Source of the DNA: Candidatus Staskawiczbacteria bacterium
Lineage (GTDB): Bacteria; Patescibacteriota; Minisyncoccia; Minisyncoccales; Staskawiczbacteraceae
Length of the DNA stretch: 35,634 nt
Assembly (NCBI GenBank): GCA_903839895.1
Contig: CAIMDW010000027.1
Coordinates: 1-35,634, forward strand
Direction of reading: 5' to 3'
The notes under the pieces were generated by a model that worked only from the letters and a program-made list of their open reading frames with translations, searched no databases and had not been told where the DNA came from. The position numbers and the translations under genes were made by a program. Within the stretch, counting starts at the first letter, position 1. Each line of letters opens with the position of its first letter. Positions 16,564 to 24,770 of the stretch are shown here, piece after piece.

Positions 16564-16588
16564 ACCGCCAAGGTAGGCGGTTTTTTTA
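16564..16588. terminator. bidirectional rho-independent terminator
   Basis: ACCGCC-aaggta-GGCGGT followed by TTTTTTT and preceded by AAAA. Lies between convergent recR and the giant surface-protein gene. Confidence 0.8.
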
Positions 16589-16595
16589 GTATTTA

Positions 16596-19500
16596 TTATC
16601 TATTTCCTGTTTTTTGGATTTGGGCAATTCTAGCTGTAAGTTCTTTTTCTGCTTTGTAAGTCCTTTTGATTTTTCTTTTGTTGTCAATGAATTTTTCAAT
16701 CCAGAAAAACATTCCAGACCTCCACATCCAAAGCAATAATAAAGTTATGAGCAATGGCAGGAAGAATGAATCAACCCAGAAGTTATTAGTCAAACCTGTT
16801 GAGATTGAGCTGGCTCCCAAAACTCCGGCCCTTGTGACAATCACCGAGGCGATTGCGGTAGGAGTGTTTGCAACAGAGCTTGTCACATAAGCGCTGTTAT
16901 TTAAAGTTGTAGAACCGTATGAGAAATTCTGTGATGGACCGACTTGTGCCTGATAAGTTATTGTAACTATCTGGCCGGCATAAATTGTGCCTAAGTTTAC
17001 CCCAGAGGTTATATCTCCAGTGTAACCGTAGTTGTTTCCATTGCAATTATTGCTTCCATAGTTTCCCGTGCAGGCTACGACAAGCTGGTTGCTGTAAACA
17101 AGGTTTGCAGGCAGATTATCCCTTACAATCACATTCTGGATATTTTGGTTGCCAGTGGCTTGCAAGGTTATCATGAACATAACCATGTTCGAAGGAGCCG
17201 CATATGTGGCAGTTGACCAGCCCGAACCCGATGTAAGGTTCCTTACTGTTTTGCTTACTGACAATGCTCCATTACTATAGTTGCTGTAAATAGTCATATC
17301 CTGGCCGTAAACTGTGTTGCCAGAGCAATCTTGTCCTGCGGCTCTGAAATGATAAGTATTGCTTGTTGTAACATCGTAAATGTTCGCGCTAAATGAACCG
17401 GAGCTTCCGATGTTCTGCCTTGCAGTCTCGCTTCCGTAATTTGTGCTTGTTCCATATTGGAACCAGGCCGAGGTGTTGCAAGTTGAATTACTGTTAGCAG
17501 TTAAGTATCCATTCAATGTTGCTTGGCTGTTGTAAACGTTAGTTGCAGAATTTGTCTGAACGCTTAAATAGCTGTTATTGTTTTGACAGGCATTATTGGA
17601 ACATCCATTCGGGCAATTTTGTATTAATCCTTCCTGAGCTCCGCATGAATTAAACCAATACAAATCACTTCCAGAGCATCTTTGCTGATAATTTGGAGTG
17701 CAGGTATTAATATTTCCATTGCAGGTTCCATTGCCGCATGTCTGGCTTGTTAGGCAGGTTGTCTGCAATTGGGCTTCTGTAGCGTTTGAGCAGAAGGAAC
17801 TTGCCGTTCCTGGGCTATTGCAGGTATAATTCTTGTAATTTTGGTAAACATTGTTGTTCTGGCAGAATAGAGAACCAATAGAGCCGCTTGCTCCGCAGTC
17901 GCTGTTAGTTGAGCATGCGACACCTTGAACCGAACAGCTTCCATTTGTGCATTGCTGGTTTGGGGAGCATGTTTGTGTAAGTTGAGGCGTTGTGGAATTT
18001 GAGCAGAAGCTTGTTGTTTTTCCAGGATTATTGCAAGAATAGGTTATAAAATTCTTGTAAGCATTGCCGGCCTGGCAGAAGGCATTGCCCGTAAGGCTAT
18101 TTGATCCGCAGTCGGAATTGGATCCACATGCGATGTCAGGAGTCGAGCAGCTTCCGTTATCACAGGTTTTATTTGTTCCGCAAGACGAAGTCAGTTGCGG
18201 TACAAGTGTGTTTGAGCAGAAACTTGTGGTTTTTCCAGGTTCATTGCAAAAATATGTGATCTGATTCCTATAAACATTGTTGTTCTGGCAGAATGGATTT
18301 CCTGTTAAGGCGTTGGTTCCGCAATCTGCACTTGCTGAGCAGGCAATATTTTTGTTTACGCAACTTCCGTTGCCGCATGTCTGGCTTGCTGTGCAAGTTG
18401 TTTTCAATTTGGCAACAGTGGAATTTGAACAAGATGAATTGACTGTGCCTGCGTTATTGCAGACATAAGTAATGTAATTTTGATATGCATTTCCGCTTTG
18501 GCAGAATAAACTTCCAGTATAAGCGTCGGTTCCGCATTGTGAATTCGTTGAGCATTTTACTGTGCCGGTTGTGCAAACGCTAGTTGATGTGACGTTTGAG
18601 TCCAAATTCCATGGCAATGAATTCGGATTACCATATGATTGCGTGTCCGACAGAGTATGAGGAGCTGTCTGATACCACAAGTCAGCCTGAGTTTTGCAGG
18701 ATGCATTTGATACAGAAATGTCAGTTGTGCCGGTCTTGTTTATATTTACAAGCGCAGATGATGCATAATATTGCTGAGTTGACATCCAGTTGGCCTCTCC
18801 TCTATTCCTGAACATTTTGTATGTGGCTGCGATCAGCGGAGCTGAACATTTTGTTGTGTTTGTTATATGATAAGTAACTTGGCTCCCGCTGTCAGTGTGA
18901 GTTATTGAAACTTTTCCATTAGCTAATGCCGCGCTCAATTCTGGGGCAGTCATTGTGCTTCCGTTCGCACAGCTGGCGGCAGCGGTTGCCGTTACGCTGA
19001 AATTATTGTTTGAATCGTCATGTGGATTTCCTAAAGCGGCACTGCTTTGATAAACTCCCATCCAAACATGGTAGGCATTGTCGGCTGGCCATGAATTTGG
19101 AACAGTCAAAGTATATGATCCTGTATTCGGCACATTTATAAGGCTATAACCTGCTACTGCAACTCCCCAATTTGAAATAGTCAACTGGGCGTGGGCGGCT
19201 GAATGCGCGCCGGCGGTTGTTGTCCATCGGATAGTTTGGGAAGATCCTTGAGCCCATTGCTCTCCTCCATTTGGATAATTTAATGTAAATGTTCCATAAT
19301 CAACTGCATTATTAACGCATGCGGCATTACTGCAAGTTTGGCTTGTTGTGCAGGCTTGATATAATGTTCCTTGCTTATCGCATGTGTCAAAGTTGTAAAT
19401 GGAATTGCCTACGCACTTTTTGTAATCATTTGCTGTGCATTTTGGCGAAAAAGATACGTTATATGTCACATAAGATCCATTATCTTCATGAGAATGGTCT

Positions 19501-19844
19501 CCTGTGCCGGCAAGACATCCAACTGGCTTTTGAGCTACCTGTACGTAGGATGTATTAAGTCCTGAAATATCAGATAATCCGCTAGCATATTTTACAGCAG
19601 AACGCACACAATAATTTAGCTGACCTGAATCAGGAACGCCAGGAGCACCTTCTCCATCTCCAATAGGGATGCAACTGCCGTTAGTCGGCAAAAGCGCGCA
19701 GTCTGGATCGGCTCCGCCATTATTATCGTAGTTCATTAATATCGACCCGGTTGTGGTGGATGCATTTATGTTACCCACGCACGGCAAAACCAACATCACT
19801 GATAAAATAATGCAGGCAAAAATTATTTTGTTTGCTGTCTTCAT
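16596..19844 (-). CDS. giant secreted Cys-rich repeat surface protein with a C-terminal membrane anchor (1082 aa)
   Basis: Signal peptide MKTANKIIFACIILSVMLVLPCVGNINA. Four tandem 71-aa Cys repeats flanked by related Cys modules. An Fn3/beta-sandwich-like segment (ATLNGYL...WFQYGTSTNYG). A DUF11-like segment (SVSKTVRNLTSG...VRDNLPANLVY). C-terminal TM FFLPLLITLLLLWMW followed by a charged tail of about 40 aa. Confidence 0.8.
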   Translation of the reverse strand: MKTANKIIFACIILSVMLVLPCVGNINASTTTGSILMNYDNNGGADPDCALLPTNGSCIPIGDGEGAPGVPDSGQLNYCVRSAVKYASGLSDISGLNTSYVQVAQKPVGCLAGTGDHSHEDNGSYVTYNVSFSPKCTANDYKKCVGNSIYNFDTCDKQGTLYQACTTSQTCSNAACVNNAVDYGTFTLNYPNGGEQWAQGSSQTIRWTTTAGAHSAAHAQLTISNWGVAVAGYSLINVPNTGSYTLTVPNSWPADNAYHVWMGVYQSSAALGNPHDDSNNNFSVTATAAASCANGSTMTAPELSAALANGKVSITHTDSGSQVTYHITNTTKCSAPLIAATYKMFRNRGEANWMSTQQYYASSALVNINKTGTTDISVSNASCKTQADLWYQTAPHTLSDTQSYGNPNSLPWNLDSNVTSTSVCTTGTVKCSTNSQCGTDAYTGSLFCQSGNAYQNYITYVCNNAGTVNSSCSNSTVAKLKTTCTASQTCGNGSCVNKNIACSASADCGTNALTGNPFCQNNNVYRNQITYFCNEPGKTTSFCSNTLVPQLTSSCGTNKTCDNGSCSTPDIACGSNSDCGSNSLTGNAFCQAGNAYKNFITYSCNNPGKTTSFCSNSTTPQLTQTCSPNQQCTNGSCSVQGVACSTNSDCGASGSIGSLFCQNNNVYQNYKNYTCNSPGTASSFCSNATEAQLQTTCLTSQTCGNGTCNGNINTCTPNYQQRCSGSDLYWFNSCGAQEGLIQNCPNGCSNNACQNNNSYLSVQTNSATNVYNSQATLNGYLTANSNSTCNTSAWFQYGTSTNYGSETARQNIGSSGSFSANIYDVTTSNTYHFRAAGQDCSGNTVYGQDMTIYSNYSNGALSVSKTVRNLTSGSGWSTATYAAPSNMVMFMITLQATGNQNIQNVIVRDNLPANLVYSNQLVVACTGNYGSNNCNGNNYGYTGDITSGVNLGTIYAGQIVTITYQAQVGPSQNFSYGSTTLNNSAYVTSSVANTPTAIASVIVTRAGVLGASSISTGLTNNFWVDSFFLPLLITLLLLWMWRSGMFFWIEKFIDNKRKIKRTYKAEKELTARIAQIQKTGNR
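17703..18554 (-). repeat. four tandem in-frame repeats of 213 nt (71 aa) inside the giant protein gene
   Basis: Residues 431-501, 502-572, 573-643 and 644-714 share the pattern C-x5-CG-x8-FCQ-x8/9-Y-CN-x8-FCSN-x10-C-x5-C-x3-C. Nucleotide strings such as cattgttgttctggcagaa recur near 17855 and 18270. Confidence 0.85.
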
Positions 19845-19946
19845 ATATTTTTTTGTCCTATCAAGTAGGACATTTATTTAGTTAAAAGCTTATGATTCAT
19901 AACCTTACCACATTATACATATTCTTGTCAAGTGGTATTACTGATT

Positions 19947-20633
19947 CTAACTTGTTTGCAATTCTGCTTGCACGGTTATTCTCTGATAATCCTTTCCCGG
20001 CGGCCAGCAACTTATCAAGGTTAGGACATTTTTACTTGCGTCTAATCCGTCCTGCGGAATGTCCGACCCTCTATTAATTATAGTCTTTTTAATAACTACA
20101 TATGTATATTGGACATTATTCATGTCAATTGAGATTTTATCACCTTCAGACAATTTGTCCAGCTGAGAGAAAATCCAGTCATGCTTGATTGTTGGCCATC
20201 CTGGAGGAGCCGAGTGTCCTAAAATAATTATCTGCCCTGTCTGACCTGGATAAACGGATCCCGGGTAATAAACTGCACCTTGGTCCAAATTTTTCATCAA
20301 ATCAGCTTTCACAGTGCTTGTTGCGAAAACAATCGGCACTGAAATGGAAATTTTTGGAATTTCCAAAGTATTTTGTTTTTCTGTATAAACCGTCTGCGCA
20401 GTTATTTTGGCCGGCGCGGCGGTTGTGGAATTTTGACTATGATTTGGATAAAAATACGCATCAATGGAAGTTGCATCAATAGACGGATAAGGATTAAAAA
20501 AATCACTGACCAGCCCATAAACTTCCTTGTAATTGAAAACCCATGAAACATCGTTCCAGTTTATTATTAGAAAGCTGGCAACGTACAATACCAGCGCAAG
20601 TTTCAATACTTTTTTTGCTTGGTCTTTACTCAT
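19947..20633 (-). CDS. sortase family transpeptidase
   Basis: N-terminal TM. Catalytic His in IIILGHSAPPG, Cys in LTLISCWPPG (TLxTC motif), Arg in YQRITVQAE. The start overlaps the stop of the upstream CAP gene by 1 nt (TAATG). Confidence 0.85.
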   Translation of the reverse strand: MSKDQAKKVLKLALVLYVASFLIINWNDVSWVFNYKEVYGLVSDFFNPYPSIDATSIDAYFYPNHSQNSTTAAPAKITAQTVYTEKQNTLEIPKISISVPIVFATSTVKADLMKNLDQGAVYYPGSVYPGQTGQIIILGHSAPPGWPTIKHDWIFSQLDKLSEGDKISIDMNNVQYTYVVIKKTIINRGSDIPQDGLDASKNVLTLISCWPPGKDYQRITVQAELQTS

Positions 20634-21592
20634 TAAATTAAAATTTGGTGAGGAATCAGAGAAATTACTGATCTTTCATTTATTAATGCGGCCGCCCCCA
20701 ATAGTACCACGACTAAAATCGTTTTAAAAGCGAACTTCCTTTCAAAGGTGATATTATTGCTGAAAAATAATAAAACCATTAAAATTCCAATGATCAGAAG
20801 GCAAACCCCATAAATCACGTTTTGTAATAATTTGTCATAATTATAAATTGCATAATTTGCAACTTTCGAAGCTAAATTTGTTTTTGCATTAGTGACTGGC
20901 ACTAATTCGGTCTGACCTGCCAAAACTTTTTCAGGAACCTCAGACGCTTGCGTTGCTGTTGCCGGTTTTATTGCAACCTGCGATATAGGATGCGATTTTG
21001 CCGCTGAAACAGGCTGGCTGTTTTTTACTGCTGGCTGTTTTACTGGCAAAGGACTTGCAAATTCCTGCACAACTACAATGGTATTATTTCCCCCGTAGCC
21101 CGCTAAAACCGCGGTTCCCACCTCGGTGTAATGCGTATTCACAATGTTTGCTTTGTGCTCTGGCGAGTTCAGCCATGCCTGGTAAACCTCTGAGGAATTA
21201 AAAAATCCGACCGCCAAATTTTCTCCGGCAAATTTATAATTATATCCGGCTTGCGAAAACCAATGCCATGGCGAAAGTCCTTGAGGGCTTGTGTGCGCAA
21301 AATAGTTATTCAAAACCATATTTTCAGCTTTCATCTGTGCGGCTTGGTCAAGTTTTGCGTTTTCAACCAAGGGTTTCAGTCCCGCCAATTCCCTGGTCTG
21401 GTTTACAGAATTCTGCAAGAAATTTTTTGTAATATCGGCAAAAAATATATTCTGCGGAAAATTTATTGAAATAAAAATTACCCCGATTTTAAAAATTAAA
21501 AGCAACGTAATAAAATACAGCAAAGCCTTGCTCTGCATGATTTTTTTAAGCATCTCAAAATCGAATTTTGCTTCCGGTAAATTGTAATCCAT
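20633..21592 (-). CDS. CAP/SCP/PR-1 domain protein (YkwD-like) with N- and C-terminal hydrophobic segments
   Basis: CAP motifs YFAHTSPQG, YKFAGENLA, WLNSPEHKANI. Start set at the ATG at 21592 because the track's TTG at 21601 lies inside the -10 box of a consensus promoter. Confidence 0.75.
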   Translation of the reverse strand: MDYNLPEAKFDFEMLKKIMQSKALLYFITLLLIFKIGVIFISINFPQNIFFADITKNFLQNSVNQTRELAGLKPLVENAKLDQAAQMKAENMVLNNYFAHTSPQGLSPWHWFSQAGYNYKFAGENLAVGFFNSSEVYQAWLNSPEHKANIVNTHYTEVGTAVLAGYGGNNTIVVVQEFASPLPVKQPAVKNSQPVSAAKSHPISQVAIKPATATQASEVPEKVLAGQTELVPVTNAKTNLASKVANYAIYNYDKLLQNVIYGVCLLIIGILMVLLFFSNNITFERKFAFKTILVVVLLGAAALINERSVISLIPHQILI

Positions 21593-21600
21593 ATGAATCA

Positions 21601-21629
21601 ATTATACATTAAAATCATATGTTTGTCAA
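21601..21629 (-). promoter_or_regulatory. consensus sigma70 promoter TTGACA-17 nt-TATAAT, 8 nt upstream of the ATG; predicts a leaderless transcript
   Basis: On the minus strand, TTGACA (21629..21624), a 17-nt spacer (21623..21607), TATAAT (21606..21601), then tgattcatATG at 21592. Confidence 0.7.
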
Positions 21630-21648
21630 TAACTATGCATTTTTTCCC

Positions 21649-22482
21649 TTACTTCCTTCCGCAGGTGAAGTTGTCACAGACAATTGCCCGGTCTTTCGGG
21701 CGCAGATCTATATAATATAAGCTTTTCCGCTGATTTTGAGTAATTTCGCCGGTTAGCAAGGAATTAAGCTTTACCAGCTGGTCGTTGGCATTGGAATTCT
21801 CGCTCAAATCAAAATATATCTGCCAGCCTTCGGTGGTTGTTGTATTCAGCCTGATTTGGCTGGCCACAACAGCGGTTTTTAGTCCAATTTGGAATTTATC
21901 CTGCAAATCTTTCTGGGTTTCTACCACTAAATCAACTACGTTTTGCTCTAAAACGGTTTGGCCAATTTCTGCATTTGAAGCTGGGCTCTCTACAATGACA
22001 AATCCTGAATTTTCGCCGTTTGCATTCTCAAAGAGGCTTCCAGTCTTGTCAAAATAAAAACAAGATTCGTCCTGCTGGCAAAAAATCCCGGCAGGAACTT
22101 TTTCGGTTATTTTTACCTCTAAACCTTGCATAAATTGCCTGCTCACATCAGCAACGGCTATTTCAGGGAATTTGCCAGCAATTTCTTTGCTAATTTTTCC
22201 GGCATCAGCCAAAAAAATGCTTCTTGAATTTAAAATGCCTAAAAATTTATGGCTGATATCGGCTAAGACAAGGCTTTCAATATTATCTTTCTGGACCTTC
22301 TGGTTTCCAGAAATTATTATATTGCTGATTTGCCAACCCGAATAAAACAAAATAAAATAACATGCCGAGGATGCCAAAATTACAACTAAAACCAAAATCC
22401 AAAACCACAGCTTTTTATATAGCGGAGTTTTCGGCCTTATTTTATGTATTTTCCCTCTTACGTGGGATTTTCTATAAGACAT
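21649..22482 (-). CDS. ftsQ: cell division protein FtsQ/DivIB-like (TM plus POTRA)
   Basis: Basic N-terminus, one TM (LWFWILVLVVILASSACYFILFY), then a POTRA-like ISNIIISGNQKVQKDNIESLV. Sits at the end of a cell-wall operon. Confidence 0.7.
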   Translation of the reverse strand: MSYRKSHVRGKIHKIRPKTPLYKKLWFWILVLVVILASSACYFILFYSGWQISNIIISGNQKVQKDNIESLVLADISHKFLGILNSRSIFLADAGKISKEIAGKFPEIAVADVSRQFMQGLEVKITEKVPAGIFCQQDESCFYFDKTGSLFENANGENSGFVIVESPASNAEIGQTVLEQNVVDLVVETQKDLQDKFQIGLKTAVVASQIRLNTTTTEGWQIYFDLSENSNANDQLVKLNSLLTGEITQNQRKSLYYIDLRPKDRAIVCDNFTCGRK

Positions 22483-23516
22483 TAAAGTCCTCTTTTAAAG
22501 CGCCTAAACTTTTCTACTAAATAATTCAGCCAGTATTTTTTTGAAATCACAAAGTCCTGCGTTTTTATAAATTCCTGCTTGTATCCGCCAAATCCCATTT
22601 TAAACAAAGTCGGCCCTGCCCAAGGGTGCTTCGGAAATTTTTCGGGATCCGTAAATCCCCAAAAGTCATACACCATGCAATATCTTTTTTTTGCTTCTTT
22701 TATGGCTTCCCACTGCAATAAATATGGAATAGAATATTTTGCAAATTTTCCCAGGGAAGCTGCCTGATGGTAATAAGCAATCCCAGACCAGAAAACTACC
22801 ATGGCTCCAGCCGTAATTTCGCCCTTATATTTGCCGAATAAAAATATCACTTGGCTATCTTTATTGAAAATTTCAAATTCATTTTTTACCGATTCGTCTG
22901 AAAACGGCACAAAATGCTGTCTTTTGGAAACCTCTTTATTTAATTTTTGGTAAATTGCAATGTCAGCCGGATTATTGCTTATTTCAATTGAGATATCCGG
23001 GTTTTCTGAAGCCTTTTTTATTACGTATCTGGTTGTTTTTCGCATATCTTTCAAAAGTTCTTCTTCTTTTGCAAAAATATCGAGCTTCCAAGTTGCCTCG
23101 TAAGCCGAGGCGTGCATTGGCGAATCCTGAAAACCCAAATCTTCAAAAACCATTTTATTTTCTTCATTTTCCAGCAAAATTGGCGAAACTCGTATAAAGC
23201 TGGCATTTTCAGCCTTTGCAATATCGTTCAAATGTAATAAAATCAAAGACAAAATTTCTTTTTTATCTTTTGCAGTCAAATTGGGCTTGATAACCGGCCC
23301 ATGCGGAATAAATAAAAACGTCCCCCGTTTTGCCGAAACTTTCACTACCAAAGCCACCGCCAGCAATGCCCCATCGTAAACCCCCAACCTCCAAATTTTT
23401 GCGCCGTTTTTTTCATTAAACTCCCCCCAATTCCAAGACTGCAGAAACGTCTTTTCCGTGCATTGCAAAAGAAATCCTTCCCATTCCTCCTTATTTGTAA
23501 TTTCGCGTAATTCCAT
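22482..23516 (-). CDS. FemAB-family aminoacyl-tRNA-dependent peptidoglycan peptidyltransferase
   Basis: N-terminal FLQSWNWGEF, a size of about 340 aa, and the ...AYYHQAAS... and DFWG segments are typical of FemX/FemAB/MurM proteins. Confidence 0.85.
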   Translation of the reverse strand: MELREITNKEEWEGFLLQCTEKTFLQSWNWGEFNEKNGAKIWRLGVYDGALLAVALVVKVSAKRGTFLFIPHGPVIKPNLTAKDKKEILSLILLHLNDIAKAENASFIRVSPILLENEENKMVFEDLGFQDSPMHASAYEATWKLDIFAKEEELLKDMRKTTRYVIKKASENPDISIEISNNPADIAIYQKLNKEVSKRQHFVPFSDESVKNEFEIFNKDSQVIFLFGKYKGEITAGAMVVFWSGIAYYHQAASLGKFAKYSIPYLLQWEAIKEAKKRYCMVYDFWGFTDPEKFPKHPWAGPTLFKMGFGGYKQEFIKTQDFVISKKYWLNYLVEKFRRFKRGL

Positions 23517-24770
23517 TTATTTAAAAGTTTTTAAAAAGTTTACTATTCTTTCGGCGTCTTTTTTGGATAAATTTATGTGGGTTGGTAAATTTAAGGTATG
23601 TTTTGCTAAATATTCGGCATTTGGGCAACTGCCTGGCATATATTTTATTTCGGCAATATTAGTATCGCATGGCGCAATTGGGGTTGTATACCAGTCGCCA
23701 AGCAAGATATTCTGCTTGTGCCAGGCTGAATAAATAATATCATGAGCGTCTTTATGTTTTACCGTAAAACGTAAAAATGCGCTTTTTCTATTATCGTATT
23801 TCACAGGTAATCCGAATTTAGTAGCCCTTAGGGCCTCGTAATAATAATTGGCAATATTCTGGCGCTTATTGTTAAATTCATCAAGCTTATTGAATTGGTT
23901 CAAAGCCATTATTGCCAAAGCATTTGGCAAAGCTTTCGGAAAATAATCTGGGCGCTTGCCCTGCTTTTCTTTCCAGCTTACAGCTTTAGACAATATATGA
24001 AGTCCCTGTGACAAAACCAAAAGGACTTTCCCCAAATCCAAAAAATTATAAACCGGCAAAATAATATAATTTAACAAAATGGGATGCAATATTTGTTGCA
24101 TAGTCCAACACATTGACGGCTTTCCAAATTGCTTTTGCAAATCTTGCAACTTTTTCCCAATTTCATCATCGTTAGTCACAGCCATTCCTCCATAAACCGA
24201 AGAAATAATTTTGTCTCGCGAAAAGCTGAAAAATGCAGCCTTGCTGTGCGACCCCACTTTTATTCCATTATATTCAGCGCCCAGGGAATGCGCGCAGTCT
24301 TCTATTAGTATCAAGTTATGTTCGGCGCAGACGGCTCTAATAGCGTCCATATCGGCCGGAAGTCCAAAAGTGTGCTGAACCACCACAACTCGAGTTTTAG
24401 GCGTAATTTTAACTTTTAAATCGTCTGCTGAAATATTGAAATCATCTGTATTGCAGTCTACATAAATTGGCTCCAGGCCAGCCCATAAAGCTGGGTTTGG
24501 CACGGCATTGCACGTAAAAGCCTGTAAAGCCACTCCACTGCCCTTCTCCAAATCCAAAGTTTTTAAAATTGCATAAAAACTGCTTCTGCCAGAATTAAAA
24601 GATACGGCATATTTTACTCCAAGATATTTCTTAAATTCTTCTTCAAGTTTTTCAATTGCCTTTCCCTTCTTCCAAAGCCACGGCCGAATAAGCAAATTCA
24701 GCGCGAGCTTTAAATCGTCTTTTTCCACATTCGGCGACAACGAAATTGATATCGGTTTAAAATAGCTCAT
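23517..24770 (-). CDS. DegT/DnrJ/EryC1/StrS-family PLP-dependent aminotransferase
   Basis: LIEDCAHSLGAEY, and FSFSRDKIISSVYGGMAV containing the PLP lysine. The overall layout matches the family. Confidence 0.85.
   Translation of the reverse strand: MSYFKPISISLSPNVEKDDLKLALNLLIRPWLWKKGKAIEKLEEEFKKYLGVKYAVSFNSGRSSFYAILKTLDLEKGSGVALQAFTCNAVPNPALWAGLEPIYVDCNTDDFNISADDLKVKITPKTRVVVVQHTFGLPADMDAIRAVCAEHNLILIEDCAHSLGAEYNGIKVGSHSKAAFFSFSRDKIISSVYGGMAVTNDDEIGKKLQDLQKQFGKPSMCWTMQQILHPILLNYIILPVYNFLDLGKVLLVLSQGLHILSKAVSWKEKQGKRPDYFPKALPNALAIMALNQFNKLDEFNNKRQNIANYYYEALRATKFGLPVKYDNRKSAFLRFTVKHKDAHDIIYSAWHKQNILLGDWYTTPIAPCDTNIAEIKYMPGSCPNAEYLAKHTLNLPTHINLSKKDAERIVNFLKTFK

Noticed and set aside
16596-16790. 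Canonical LPXTG/LAXTG sorting signal in the giant protein next to the sortase
   Set aside because: No such motif is present in the last 80 residues. Only an S-T-G-L stretch precedes the TM, so the protein is reported as a possible non-canonical substrate rather than a confirmed one.
17703-18554. Tandem repeats as a CRISPR array or a diversity-generating retroelement target
   Set aside because: The repeats are 213 nt, in-frame, contiguous without spacers, and coding. No reverse transcriptase, template repeat or cas genes are in the window.
16666-19565. Nine short antisense or out-of-frame ORFs (60-79 aa) within the giant surface-protein gene
   Set aside because: They are shadow frames of a long repetitive gene with no independent signals.
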